Assembly (NCBI GenBank): GCA_965277405.1
Contig: OZ255726.1
Location: 896,001-960,000, forward strand
Direction: 5' to 3'
Origin: Gammaproteobacteria bacterium
GTDB taxonomy: Bacteria > Pseudomonadota > Gammaproteobacteria > G965277405
Length of the DNA stretch: 64,000 nucleotides
The notes under the pieces: generated by a model
What the model was told of the DNA's origin: nothing
Databases searched by the model: none
Seen by the model: only the letters and a program-made list of their open reading frames with translations
Shown here: in pieces, positions 42,743-52,713 of the stretch
Numbering within the stretch: position 1 is the first letter of the stretch
Layout: each line of letters begins with the position of its first letter
Program-made: the position numbers and the translations under genes

Positions 42743-42824
42743 ATCGCCTGTTAATCCTATGTTATCGCTATGCAGTTAGCAGATTATGCCGCTCTTATTA
42801 CATACTAATACATACTAATACATA

Positions 42825-43109
42825 CTATAAAATTTTCGGAACTGTATAAAAATGGTCAGTAACATAGGGATTATCCCTTTGCAGCTCTGCTCTGCTATGG
42901 TGTTTGGCAACAATATCTGCGCGCAATGGCTGTGCTTGTTCCAATGGGGTGTGGAGGGGTTCTAACCCTGTCACGTCGATTGTTTTCATTGTTTCAATCA
43001 TTTGTAAAACATTTTCAAGATCAGCGCTGAATGCGGCAGCTTGCTCATCACTCAGTTGAAGTTTTGCCAGTGTGCAGAGTTTTTGTATGTCGATATGTAA
43101 CGGCGTCAT
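42825..43109 (-). CDS. gatC: Asp/Glu-tRNA amidotransferase subunit C
   Basis: LAKL.L, L..V......D..G.EP...P, LRAD, Y.VPKI. Confidence 0.85.
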   Translation of the reverse strand: MTPLHIDIQKLCTLAKLQLSDEQAAAFSADLENVLQMIETMKTIDVTGLEPLHTPLEQAQPLRADIVAKHHSRAELQRDNPYVTDHFYTVPKIL

Positions 43110-43111
43110 AT

Positions 43112-43995
43112 TTAATGAACCTCTGATTTAAAATGTTTACATGAATATCGCTGTGCTTGGACAGCTGTCATTGCGCTGGTCGCTATAATATCGTCAATAC
43201 TGCAACCACGCGAGAGCTCATTCACTGGTTTGTTTGACCCTTGTAAAAAGGTCCAATCGCAGTCCCTCCGCCCATTCGCCCATTCGCCCATTAGTTGCGC
43301 AATTGTATCGCCACTATTCGCAACCTCTAGCGCTGGAAATATTAAAACATTGGCGCTGCATTGGCTGATTATTAACCAACCACAACCAATCACCATCAAC
43401 AACCGCGTGCTATTGTGCCACGCTGGTATGAATATGCAGTATATTTTTGCTTGTAAACTGTCGCAGCCATGAGTTTTGTGATCCCCAGCAATGGCACATA
43501 TGCATGCGTCGCCGGGTAATTGCATGCTGCATGCAACAGATATTGTTCTTGTGTATCAATATAATCTTCTATAAACGGCGGATACCACAGCGGTAGTGGG
43601 TCGTAGCACGTAGTAAGCTGTTCAAGGTATGCGCTGCACCAATGCTGCCGTACATTTGTTTGCTTCCTTTTTACAGCACTTTGATAAACGCTTCTTGTAT
43701 TGTCATTTGTATCATATACCGCTCCTGCTAAATAATTTCTCAGTAACGACCTATGGTCAATCAAGATAATGCGAGATTGAATAGCAACCGCGCAGCAACT
43801 GTACTGAATTTTGCACCATGCAGACACATCCAACAATAATTGCTGCGTAACTATCACGCTTGTCCAAACTCCCCCCAGCTACGAAAGCACCACCGCCCCA
43901 TTAAAAAATCTATGCTGCATACCAACTATCAACGCCTAAACTATAAATTCTAAATAGTTATGTCTCGCTTCACAATTGGTGCGGGCAAATACAAT
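43112..43995 (-). pseudogene. pta: Phosphate acetyltransferase pseudogene
   Basis: Frameshifted fragments LAGAVYDT, ANVLIFPALE and FLQGSNKPVNELSRGCSIDDII...A.TAVQA match Pta VSGAVHTT, IFPDL and LQG..KPVNDLSRG...DDI. Confidence 0.75.
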
Positions 43996-44009
43996 CCCAA
44001 AGCATCTAG

Positions 44010-44153
44010 GGAACCTCTGATTAAGTCCATAATGGGCGAAACGGAGCAAAAACGACGTGAGCACAGCGTTTTTCCTGTTCCTCTGTTGCATATACTGTTC
44101 AATATACAACGGTTTGGAGCAATTGCTGCATCAGCGCCTTAATTAGGACTTCC
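44010..44153 (+). mobile_element. Internally deleted MITE copy (flanks CTAG/TTAA)
   Basis: GGAACCTCTGATTAAGTCCATAATGGGCG...CATCAGCGCCTTAATTAGGACTTCC. Confidence 0.8.
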
Positions 44154-44276
44154 TTAAGTCAAAAAATCTAAAAATGATTCATATGGGGTATACGGCATAC
44201 GTTTATCATATTATCATATTATCATTAGTCATATTACAACACTTGCTATTTACAAGCTTTGCCTAAGGAGAAATAC

Positions 44277-46076
44277 ATGACTGCTTCTATGCCTAATCGT
44301 CTATTCAACACCCCGATAGATACGCAAGACGATATAACAGCACTTATTCCTGATTTCCCGTTTGATTACGCAGTTTTCTTGGACACCGCTAAGATCAATC
44401 GCAAACCGTTGTTCAATATTCCTTCAGCCAATTATGGACAAGAAGTCTGTATTGTTGGAGGTGGCATGGCCGGCTTGACGGCAGCATACGAACTTATGAG
44501 AAGCGGACTCAAACCGATCATTTTTGAAGCTGATCGGATTGGCGGGCGTATGGACGCTAAGCCGATGAGTAACTCCGGCACATTGGCTGAAATGGGTTCG
44601 ATGAGGTTTCCGCTAAGTGGGAAAGCATTGTTCCACTATATCAATAAGGTTGGAGCCTATACTGCGCCATTTCCAAACCCAGGTACAGCTGCATCTTTTG
44701 GGAATCTGGTCAATTACCGCGGCGAAAACTTCTATTACGAACGTGATAGTAAAAATTTCCCGATACCATCACACTTCGTTGCGCTTGAGCAAGATTGGCA
44801 GGACATGCTGGACGGTTCACCGACCAATTTTCAGCAGATGCGCCAGGCGCTAATTCGCAAGGATATAACTACGATCAAGAGAATATGGAATAATCTTATC
44901 ACGGGGACGGAGAGCATAGACAGTTTTGATAACATCAGTTTTTACAACTATCTAAAGATGTACGGCAACTGGTCAATGGATGAAATTGACCTGTTTGGTC
45001 AAGTGGGCTTTGGCACAGGTGGATGGAATACAGATTTTCCAAACTGTATACTTGAGGTCCTTAGGGTCGCGATGACCTACCTTGATTCCGACCACCAGTT
45101 GATTTATGAAGGCTCCACTTTTGTACCTAGCTCACTTCTACAGCAGACCCCTAGTGTATTGGGTGACGTCATGGTGCATTGGTCTGAAAATACAACTGTT
45201 CAGTCTCTAACAGAATCGGTCTTGAATAGTGTATCTGGCAACAAAGTTAATGCTTTTCAACCTTCTAACAGCGACACTAACAAAATCAAAGTTGAATACT
45301 CAGGTCCGAATGGCGAAAAGAAATCCCGAGATTTCAGTGCTGTAATTTACACTCCTCAAGTGCGCTGCCTACAGCAAATGGGTCATAATTACGCTGAACA
45401 AAATTCCTATAGCATTCTTACCCAGGATATTATCGAAGCAGTTCAATACACTCACTACATGCAATCAGCAAAAACATTCATTGAGCTTAAAACACCATTC
45501 TGGAAGGAACGCGATTCAACTACCGGAAAGTATAAGATGAGTATCACTCTTACAGACCGTAAGACACGTGGGACCTATCTTCTTGACTATACCCGCGATG
45601 ATGAAACACCGCGTCCTGTTGTATGCATCTCATACACTTGGAACGATGATGCGCTGAAATATCTTCCGCTTAAATCCGCCGACCGTCTATATGGAGGAAT
45701 TACGACCCTGTACGACATTGATCCAAATTTAATGGGGCATCTGGGGCATGAGGTGACCGGCGACCCCATTACTATCTCCTGGGAAAACGAACTGTTCTAC
45801 CTTGGTGCCTTCAAAAATAACCTTCCTGGCCAATACAGAATGCAAAGACGCCTGTTCACTCAGTTCATGCAAAATACAAGCTCGGTCAAAGATCGTTTTA
45901 TCTTGGCAGGTGACGACATTTCTTGGACGGCTGGATGGGCAGAAGGAGCAGTATCAACTGCCATAAATGCAGCAAATGCCGTCGCGGGCTTGTTCGAAGG
46001 CTCAACTTATCAAAATAACTCTGATCCTGTAAGCCGTTTTAATGACTTAAAGCCGGTCGAACTGAATGCTGTTTGA
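44277..46076 (+). CDS. Flavin amino-acid 2-monooxygenase (DavB/IaaM family)
   Basis: PDFPF, GGGMAGL.AAYEL, AEMG.MRFP, FGQVGFGTGGW, HYMQS.KTF, TDR.TRGTYL, AGDDISWT..W.EGA; AAGGAG RBS. Confidence 0.92.
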   Translation: MTASMPNRLFNTPIDTQDDITALIPDFPFDYAVFLDTAKINRKPLFNIPSANYGQEVCIVGGGMAGLTAAYELMRSGLKPIIFEADRIGGRMDAKPMSNSGTLAEMGSMRFPLSGKALFHYINKVGAYTAPFPNPGTAASFGNLVNYRGENFYYERDSKNFPIPSHFVALEQDWQDMLDGSPTNFQQMRQALIRKDITTIKRIWNNLITGTESIDSFDNISFYNYLKMYGNWSMDEIDLFGQVGFGTGGWNTDFPNCILEVLRVAMTYLDSDHQLIYEGSTFVPSSLLQQTPSVLGDVMVHWSENTTVQSLTESVLNSVSGNKVNAFQPSNSDTNKIKVEYSGPNGEKKSRDFSAVIYTPQVRCLQQMGHNYAEQNSYSILTQDIIEAVQYTHYMQSAKTFIELKTPFWKERDSTTGKYKMSITLTDRKTRGTYLLDYTRDDETPRPVVCISYTWNDDALKYLPLKSADRLYGGITTLYDIDPNLMGHLGHEVTGDPITISWENELFYLGAFKNNLPGQYRMQRRLFTQFMQNTSSVKDRFILAGDDISWTAGWAEGAVSTAINAANAVAGLFEGSTYQNNSDPVSRFNDLKPVELNAV

Positions 46077-46129
46077 CAGGAAATTTGGCAGCGGTGTCTA
46101 AACTAGCGCTGAACAGCGTTGTAGCCTAG

Positions 46130-46421
46130 GGGATCTCTGATGAACTAGCTGACGGAATGAGTTTGCCTGCAATTGCTGATGATTACAAGGCGTAGAGCGC
46201 ATGACCTAGCTATACGCCAAGGGATGCAATACAGCAAGCGTAAGCAATTGCCGCAAACCAAAAGTGTATTCAACACAACGACGGAGAAAAAACGCTGTGC
46301 TACCGTCGTTGCAGCACTTGGCAATACCCACAGGACCCACCAATATTATCTGCGCACTGCGCTTAAGTTTCATCAAGCGTTTTTCTCCGTCTCGTCCAGC
46401 ATGGACTGAATCAGAGCTTCC
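46130..46421 (-). mobile_element. MITE, diverged full copy, reverse orientation (flanks CTAG/TTTA)
   Basis: Colinear with the 16729 copy; ends in AATCAGAGCTTCC. Confidence 0.88.
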
Positions 46422-46689
46422 TTTATGGGACAGCCGCTGAGTTCACTTGTCAACCAGACCGCGTGGAGTGTAGTAACTAATACGTTGAAATCTTCAAGCC
46501 TAGTGCCCGATAGTCGAAAAATAATGCAGGTTGCGCGCTTAGAACCTTACAGAAGCTTAATAATATGACACTCCAACTATTCAGACCTAACATCGTATAA
46601 AAACAGCCTATTTGTGCAGCACGTCTGTTTAATCTAGGTAATTTCTAAGCTATAATTCGTTTTCGCAGTATATTTTGGGGGAATGGAAT

Positions 46690-47643
46690 ATGGTGCCAAA
46701 AGAATATTTTCAACCGTTAAGTGGCAACGAAATGCCCCGTTTTGCTGGGCTGTCTACTATGATGCGTCTGCCTGCTAAGCACACTGCACTTGACCTTGAT
46801 GCCTGTTTTATCGGTATCCCGTTAGATATTGGCACATCGAACCGATCAGGAACACGCTTTGGACCGCGACAAATACGTGCTGAGTCTAGCATGCTGCGCC
46901 CCTATAATATGGCGACTGGTGCGGCACCCTTTGATGCCATGCGGGTTGCCGATATCGGTGATGTGCCAATTAATACATTTAATTTAAAAGACAGTATACA
47001 GCTAATTTCAAAGTATTATTGCGATCTGCTAAAACATGATGTTATTCCTCTAACGATGGGCGGGGATCATACGATTAGCTTCCCTATTTTGCAGGCAATC
47101 GCGGCCAAACATGGACCAGTAGCTTTAATCCACATTGACGCTCACGCCGACATTAATGACGAGATGTTTGGTGAAAAAATTGCCCATGGCACACCCTTTA
47201 GACGGGCCTTTGATGATGGTTTACTGAACAACGACAAGGTTTTCCAGATAGGATTGCGCGGCACAGGATATTCACCAGAAGACTTTAACTGGTCCCGTCA
47301 ACAAGGGTGGACGGTTGTTCAAGCCGAAGAGTGCTGGGGCAAATCTCTTGCACCATTAATAAAGAATATCAGCAAAAAAATCGGCAACACCCCAACGTAT
47401 ATCACCTACGATATTGACAGCCTTGACCCGGCATTTGCACCTGGCACTGGTACGGTAGAGATAGGTGGGTTGACCACATGGCAGGCTTTGGAACTCGTGC
47501 GGGGATGTGCTGGTCTTAATATCGTAGGAGGTGATCTGGTTGAGGTGTCACCACCGTATGACCCCAGCGGCAATACCGCTTTAATTGCAGCAAATCTGCT
47601 GTATGAAATGCTCTGCGTGCTACCAAAAAACTATCAAGACTGA
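46690..47643 (+). CDS. Ureohydrolase, guanidinobutyrase (GbuA)/agmatinase type
   Basis: QPL.GNEMPRF N-terminus as in Pseudomonas GbuA; GGDH, DAHAD, HGTPF, DIDSLDP..APGTGT. Confidence 0.9.
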   Translation: MVPKEYFQPLSGNEMPRFAGLSTMMRLPAKHTALDLDACFIGIPLDIGTSNRSGTRFGPRQIRAESSMLRPYNMATGAAPFDAMRVADIGDVPINTFNLKDSIQLISKYYCDLLKHDVIPLTMGGDHTISFPILQAIAAKHGPVALIHIDAHADINDEMFGEKIAHGTPFRRAFDDGLLNNDKVFQIGLRGTGYSPEDFNWSRQQGWTVVQAEECWGKSLAPLIKNISKKIGNTPTYITYDIDSLDPAFAPGTGTVEIGGLTTWQALELVRGCAGLNIVGGDLVEVSPPYDPSGNTALIAANLLYEMLCVLPKNYQD

Positions 47644-47669
47644 CTAAATCTAAACAGGGAGAAAATAAT

Positions 47670-48773
47670 ATGTCGAAACGCAAACAAACAATCAAATTGA
47701 GCCGCCGCGCCTTTGTCGGCACTGCGATTACAGCAGGAGTTGTGGCGGCCTCAATAGGCGCGCCTTCAATCTTACGGGGAGCAGCAGATCGAACCCTCAA
47801 AGTGGGGGTATACGGCGGTTACTTTCAGGAATCTTTCGACAAGCATATTTTTCCTGATTTTACAACTGCAACGGGTATCAAGCTTGAATCAATTGGAGAG
47901 CCGACAGGTGAAGCATGGTTGGTACAGCTGATGGCGGCTGCGCGGGCAAACCAAGCGCCTGCTGATGTCTCGATGATGGCACAAGTTGCACGTTTGAAAG
48001 GTGAGAAAGCAAAACTTTGGGGAGCGTTGGATGATAGCGCATTAACGAATGCTGCTAACTTACCTGATCACTTCGTGCACCGGTATGAAGATGGCAAAAT
48101 CAATAGCTTAGGCGCTGTGGCTTGGTATGTCACATTGGTTACAAACACTGATGTTTACAAAGATGCGCCAACATCATGGAAATCTTTATGGGATTCGGCA
48201 AATGCTGATAGTCTTGGCCTTATGGCACTCGTAACCAACTCTTTTCTTTTAGAAATCACAGCTAAGACATGGTTCGGTGGCACCGGAATCTTGGACACAA
48301 AAGATGGCATTTTGCAGACCATGCACAAGCTGGAAGAAGTAAAACCAAACGTGCGACTGTGGTATCGCGACGAAGGTCAATTCCAGCAAGCCTTGGAAAC
48401 TGGCGAGATCCCTATGGGCGAGTATTATCACGATGTTACTGGACTGGCTGCGTCTGCAGGAAAGCCTGTAAGATCAACGTTCCCAGTAGAAGGTGGGGTG
48501 CTTGACTCAGGGTCTTGGTGTGTTTCCAAAGCATCCAAAAAAGTGACAGAAGCACAAGAATTCATCAACTATATGTGCCAACCTGAAATTCAAGCTAAAC
48601 TGTCGCGTTTCGTCGGTACGGCACCAACTGTACGGCGTGATCTGACGGATTTGACCGATGAAGAATATGCCGCAGTTGCAAGCCCCATTGATCCAATCAT
48701 CCCACGTTATGATTTATATAGCGAACGTGAAGATTGGCTGACTCAAAAATGGTCTGAATTGGTAACTGGATAA
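47670..48773 (+). CDS. ABC transporter substrate-binding protein (polyamine-type, Tat signal)
   Basis: SRRAFVG twin-arginine signal; PTSW..LWD, FP.EG and A.EFINY motifs. Confidence 0.88.
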   Translation: MSKRKQTIKLSRRAFVGTAITAGVVAASIGAPSILRGAADRTLKVGVYGGYFQESFDKHIFPDFTTATGIKLESIGEPTGEAWLVQLMAAARANQAPADVSMMAQVARLKGEKAKLWGALDDSALTNAANLPDHFVHRYEDGKINSLGAVAWYVTLVTNTDVYKDAPTSWKSLWDSANADSLGLMALVTNSFLLEITAKTWFGGTGILDTKDGILQTMHKLEEVKPNVRLWYRDEGQFQQALETGEIPMGEYYHDVTGLAASAGKPVRSTFPVEGGVLDSGSWCVSKASKKVTEAQEFINYMCQPEIQAKLSRFVGTAPTVRRDLTDLTDEEYAAVASPIDPIIPRYDLYSEREDWLTQKWSELVTG

Positions 48774-48838
48774 ACCAATACTGGCTCGCCAAAAAATTTT
48801 GACGGGGACCATACACATCAACTATTGCGAGAATATTC

Positions 48839-49891
48839 ATTAGCCAGGTTAAAATTGAAAATTTCACAAAGAAATTTGGTCATTTTACCGCCGTTGATAA
48901 CGTCTCTCTTGATGTTGCTGATGGTAGTTTAGTCTGCTTGCTTGGTCCTTCTGGTTGCGGCAAGACGACTTTGCTGCGCTTGATTGCTGGTTTAGAAGAC
49001 CTGACAGCAGGAAAATTAACGGTTGGCGGCGAAGATTATGGCGAGGTTCCAGCGCATAAACGTAATTTTGGGATGGTATTTCAATCTCTAGCTCTTTTCC
49101 CGCATCTGACAGTCGGCGAAAATATTGCATATCCGCTTAAGATCAGGGGAGCTTCTGCCACCAAGCAGCGAACTCGTGCAACCGAATTGCTCGAATTGGT
49201 AAAACTGGCAGGTCTGGAAGATCGCAAAATTTATCAACTATCTGGTGGTCAGCGGCAACGCGTGGCAATCGCACGTGGTCTAGCAATTGACCCCAACGTA
49301 TTTTTGTTAGATGAACCGCTTTCGGCACTTGATGCCAATTTACGGGAACATATGCAGATTGAACTCAGACAATTGCAACAAGATTTGGGCGTAACAACAA
49401 TTGTAGTGACCCATGACCAGCGTGAGGCCATGTCGATGGCTGATATAGTTATTGTTATGGAAGCAGGAAAAGTACAACAAGTTGGATCGCCCATCGACAT
49501 TTATCGTAACCCAGAAAACACCTTTGTCGCCAATTTTATCGGCGTCAACAATTTACTAACAGGACAGATGCTCGACGCAACAACCTTTGATTTTGACGGC
49601 AATCATATCGACCTTACGGACGATGATAGCGTACATTACGAAATTGGCAGGCCAGCCATATTATCATTTCGGCCTGAGGATGTCGTTGTATCTACTAAAA
49701 AAGGTAGCGCACAACTTAACGGTGAAGTTCTTTTTATTCGCGATCTGGGGGCAAGCGTAGAGATTTTGACCCGTGTTGGCGATATTGAGATCACTGCGGT
49801 TTGTGCGCCCAAACATCGACCAGATGTGAATATTGGTGATGTCGTCTGGCTTGAGATCCACACTGGTCGCACAACGGTACTGGCATCATAA
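48839..49891 (+). CDS. ABC transporter ATP-binding protein (PotA-like), apparent ATT start
   Basis: GPSGCGKT, LSGGQRQR, LLDEP; family-typical sequence (SQVKIENFTKKFGHFTAVD) extends upstream to ATT 48839. Confidence 0.9.
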   Translation: MSQVKIENFTKKFGHFTAVDNVSLDVADGSLVCLLGPSGCGKTTLLRLIAGLEDLTAGKLTVGGEDYGEVPAHKRNFGMVFQSLALFPHLTVGENIAYPLKIRGASATKQRTRATELLELVKLAGLEDRKIYQLSGGQRQRVAIARGLAIDPNVFLLDEPLSALDANLREHMQIELRQLQQDLGVTTIVVTHDQREAMSMADIVIVMEAGKVQQVGSPIDIYRNPENTFVANFIGVNNLLTGQMLDATTFDFDGNHIDLTDDDSVHYEIGRPAILSFRPEDVVVSTKKGSAQLNGEVLFIRDLGASVEILTRVGDIEITAVCAPKHRPDVNIGDVVWLEIHTGRTTVLAS

Positions 49892-49899
49892 GCACGCGC

Positions 49900-50733
49900 A
49901 TGTCTTTGTTTAAGGATAATAAAGGGGTTAGCTATGCACTGCTAATGTTGGTCGTATTTTTCTTTATTCCCTTTTTGATTATGTTTGCGGTCAGCTTCTT
50001 CAATCGAGACGAAGGTGCATTTTTTCATACCGCCTTTGAGTTGAATAACTATGTGCGTTTCCTAACGCCGTTCTTCGGAAAAGTACTGTTAACATCGCTT
50101 GGCCTGTCCATAGCGACGGCTGTCATTTCTGTATCAGTTGCCCTGCCATTCACCTATTTCGTGACCCGTATGTCAGCGGTTCGGCAATCGATTATTCTGG
50201 TTTTTCTATTGTCAGTGTTATCGCTATCAGAAGTCATAATCGGTTTTGCATGGTCCATCTTGTTGTCAAAGACAGCAGGCGTGGGCAACCTGCTAGCTGC
50301 GCTCGGAATTCTTGAAGCATCAAAGAGTTTTACGCCCAGTCTGGGTGCATTACTGCTCGGCGTGACTTATCTTGGGTTTCCCTACGCGGTTTTGGTGATC
50401 TACCCCGCCTTGTCGCGGCTTGACCCTGAGATTCCCGAAGCGGCGCGGATGTTTGGCGCATCTCCAATCAAAAGCTTCCTAAATGTCACTGTCCCTTTGA
50501 TGAAAAACACCATTATAGGAACGCTCATTCTGGTGTTCGCCTTCACCTTGGGTGCATATCTGTTGCCACAGGTGCTGGGTCGCCCCCAGCATTGGACATT
50601 ATCCGTACATATTACTGACCAGGCAATTTTTCAATCTAATCTTCCATTTGCGGCAGCAATGGCTATCTTCTTGATGCTTGTCTCATTGGCATTGGTTGGG
50701 CTGTCGGCACTGGTCATCAAAAAAACGGCATAA
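49900..50733 (+). CDS. ABC transporter permease (PotB-like)
   Basis: TM helices and EAARMFGAS EAA loop. Confidence 0.9.
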   Translation: MSLFKDNKGVSYALLMLVVFFFIPFLIMFAVSFFNRDEGAFFHTAFELNNYVRFLTPFFGKVLLTSLGLSIATAVISVSVALPFTYFVTRMSAVRQSIILVFLLSVLSLSEVIIGFAWSILLSKTAGVGNLLAALGILEASKSFTPSLGALLLGVTYLGFPYAVLVIYPALSRLDPEIPEAARMFGASPIKSFLNVTVPLMKNTIIGTLILVFAFTLGAYLLPQVLGRPQHWTLSVHITDQAIFQSNLPFAAAMAIFLMLVSLALVGLSALVIKKTA

Positions 50734-50736
50734 CTC

Positions 50737-51534
50737 ATGTCCAAGCTGATAAAAAACACTTTTATCCTGCTGGTCTTGGTATTCCTTGCCGCGCCACTTG
50801 TTGTTGTTCTTGGTGTCTCCTTAAATAAATCCAAGCAGATGTTGTTCCCGCCTGAAGACTTTTCGCTACATTGGTATGCTGATTTTTTTCAGGCAAAGGA
50901 TTGGCTAAATGCGTTGAGCAATTCTCTGGTTATTGCGCTTGGGGCAAGCACGCTTGCAGTCTCAATTGCCTTGCCGTTGGCACTCTACATTTGGCGAAAA
51001 CAGAACAGCCTCGCCAAAGCACTTTTTGGGCTTGGCGTCGCGCCGTTCATGCTGCCACCAGTCATTTCTGCACTCGGCTTTATGATATTCTGGATAACCA
51101 TCGGATTTTACGGGCAAATCTCTGCAACGATAATTTCTCATGGAGTATTTCTGGTGACACTACCACTTGTCACGATTTCACTGGGTCTTGATTCCATCGA
51201 CAAACAGTTGATTGAAGTCTCGCGCACCATGGGAGCCGACAAGAGAACAGTCTTGCGAACAATTATCTGGCCGTTGGTAAGGCCCTACATGGTTTCAGGT
51301 TTTGCCTTTGCGTTCGTCCTCAGCCTGAACGAGTATATTATCGCATATATGGTGTCAGGCTTTACAGCGGAAACACTGCCAATCAAAATATTCAATTCGC
51401 TTAGATATGGCTATACACCAGTCATGGCTGTTGTTGCGGTGTTTTTCGTGATGACTGCGGTTGTGGTATTCGGAACCTTTGCTCTGTTTGGGGATTTGCC
51501 TAAACTTTTGGGCGCAGAGAGAGCGGACAAATGA
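50737..51534 (+). CDS. ABC transporter permease (PotC-like)
   Basis: FSL.WY, NSL.IA, E.SRTMGA, F.LSLNE, TLPI. Confidence 0.9.
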   Translation: MSKLIKNTFILLVLVFLAAPLVVVLGVSLNKSKQMLFPPEDFSLHWYADFFQAKDWLNALSNSLVIALGASTLAVSIALPLALYIWRKQNSLAKALFGLGVAPFMLPPVISALGFMIFWITIGFYGQISATIISHGVFLVTLPLVTISLGLDSIDKQLIEVSRTMGADKRTVLRTIIWPLVRPYMVSGFAFAFVLSLNEYIIAYMVSGFTAETLPIKIFNSLRYGYTPVMAVVAVFFVMTAVVVFGTFALFGDLPKLLGAERADK

Positions 51535-52340
51535 GTGGAACTGATAAAGAAATGATCTTAGGTCTTTGGCAAGGCGTCGGTATCCGCGGTGAGGTGACGT
51601 CGAACATCGAAGACATTCAGCGAATAGCAATACAGGCAGCTGCTGAGGGTGTCGAACTTCTGGTTTTTCCCGAATGTTTTTTGACGGGATACTTAGCGTC
51701 GGCAGATGTAGCAGAGATCGCAGCGCAAGTAGATGGTCTTGTCTTTGATAAATTGGAGAGCATCGCGGATGAATACAACATCGCCTTGGTTGTTGGCTCC
51801 TATGAAGTCTCCACGCGAGGGGTCTATAATGCGGCCTTTGTCGTGCATCCTGGAATAGGATTAGTCGGAATTTATCGAAAACGCATGCTCTATGGCGCTT
51901 GGGAAAAGCGGACATTCCAGCAAGGCACCGAACCGCTGACCTTCAAATGGAAGGGACTAACAGTCGGGGTGTTGATCTGCTTTGATATTGAGTTTCCAGA
52001 GCGCACCAGAGAATTGGCAAACTTAGGAGTCGATTTGATTGTTACACCAACCGCACTGATGGAGCCGTTTGCTAAAATTTCATCGCTTGTTGTCCCAACG
52101 CGGGCGCTGGAAAACGGTATATATGTAGGCTACGCAAACCGGATAGATCGTGAAGAAGAATTTGAATATGTCGGTGGTAGTTGTATTATTGCCCCAGATG
52201 GGACGGATATGGCGCGGGCGGAAAAAGCAACAGCAACGCTGCTGACTGCTAGTATATCAACACAATACCGCGATTTGATAACATCAAAAATCAACTACCT
52301 TGTTGAAGTTTCTCGCGAAAATACGCATGTCATTGATTGA
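51531..52340 (+). CDS. Carbon-nitrogen hydrolase (amidase, DavA-like)
   Basis: LLVFPECFLTGY, YRK, ICFDIEFPE, VPTRALEN (E-K-C triad). Confidence 0.9.
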   Translation: MSGTDKEMILGLWQGVGIRGEVTSNIEDIQRIAIQAAAEGVELLVFPECFLTGYLASADVAEIAAQVDGLVFDKLESIADEYNIALVVGSYEVSTRGVYNAAFVVHPGIGLVGIYRKRMLYGAWEKRTFQQGTEPLTFKWKGLTVGVLICFDIEFPERTRELANLGVDLIVTPTALMEPFAKISSLVVPTRALENGIYVGYANRIDREEEFEYVGGSCIIAPDGTDMARAEKATATLLTASISTQYRDLITSKINYLVEVSRENTHVID

Positions 52341-52522
52341 GTATCCCCGCACAATGAAAAATGCAACATCAGGAATGGTTGCTTATCTTTAACAACGAGG
52401 ATATGCGCTAACAACGAGGATATGCGCTAAGCATAAAATTCCACATTCTCCAGCAAGGACTCCTACTGCGGCTGTAGCCCTTAAGATCTGCACCAGTTGA
52501 GAACACCTATCCGGCAACAATA

Positions 52523-52596
52523 ACAACCTTTAATTAGAGGTTGTCAAGCAACAATTATTGCGAGTTTTCTTCTTGTAACTCCTCTAATTTTAGAGG
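52523..52596. promoter_or_regulatory. Two related palindromes (candidate operators) upstream of the sugar ABC operon
   Basis: ACAACCTTTAATTAGAGGTTGT (52523-52544) and CCTCTAATTTTAGAGG (52581-52596). Confidence 0.45.
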
Positions 52597-52713
52597 GGAT
52601 ATCATGATGCCGAAAAAATAAAACATCTATGTAAATTGTGATATAATGTAAACTAAGTGTGTTGGATGTACTGGATGCATAGATGCATCCAAACGAACAA
52701 CAAGGAGAAAAAT

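Noticed and set aside
43112-43857. comF or intact hypothetical genes
   Set aside because: The fragments fit Pta motifs (KPVNELSRG, IFP.L) far better and are frameshifted
44200-44237. Fur box upstream of the monooxygenase
   Set aside because: ATGATAAT-like words are present but with 8-bp periodicity, which is better explained as a slippage repeat
44277-46076. Auxin biosynthesis gene iaaM
   Set aside because: No amidase-signature IaaH is nearby; the neighbours point to guanidino-compound catabolism, although specificity is untested
5339-46409. Recurrent 60-130 aa ORFs (MPAIADDCKAHS..., MLMIARRIPQA...) as a small-protein family
   Set aside because: They lie within MITE copies, shift frame between copies and lack an RBS
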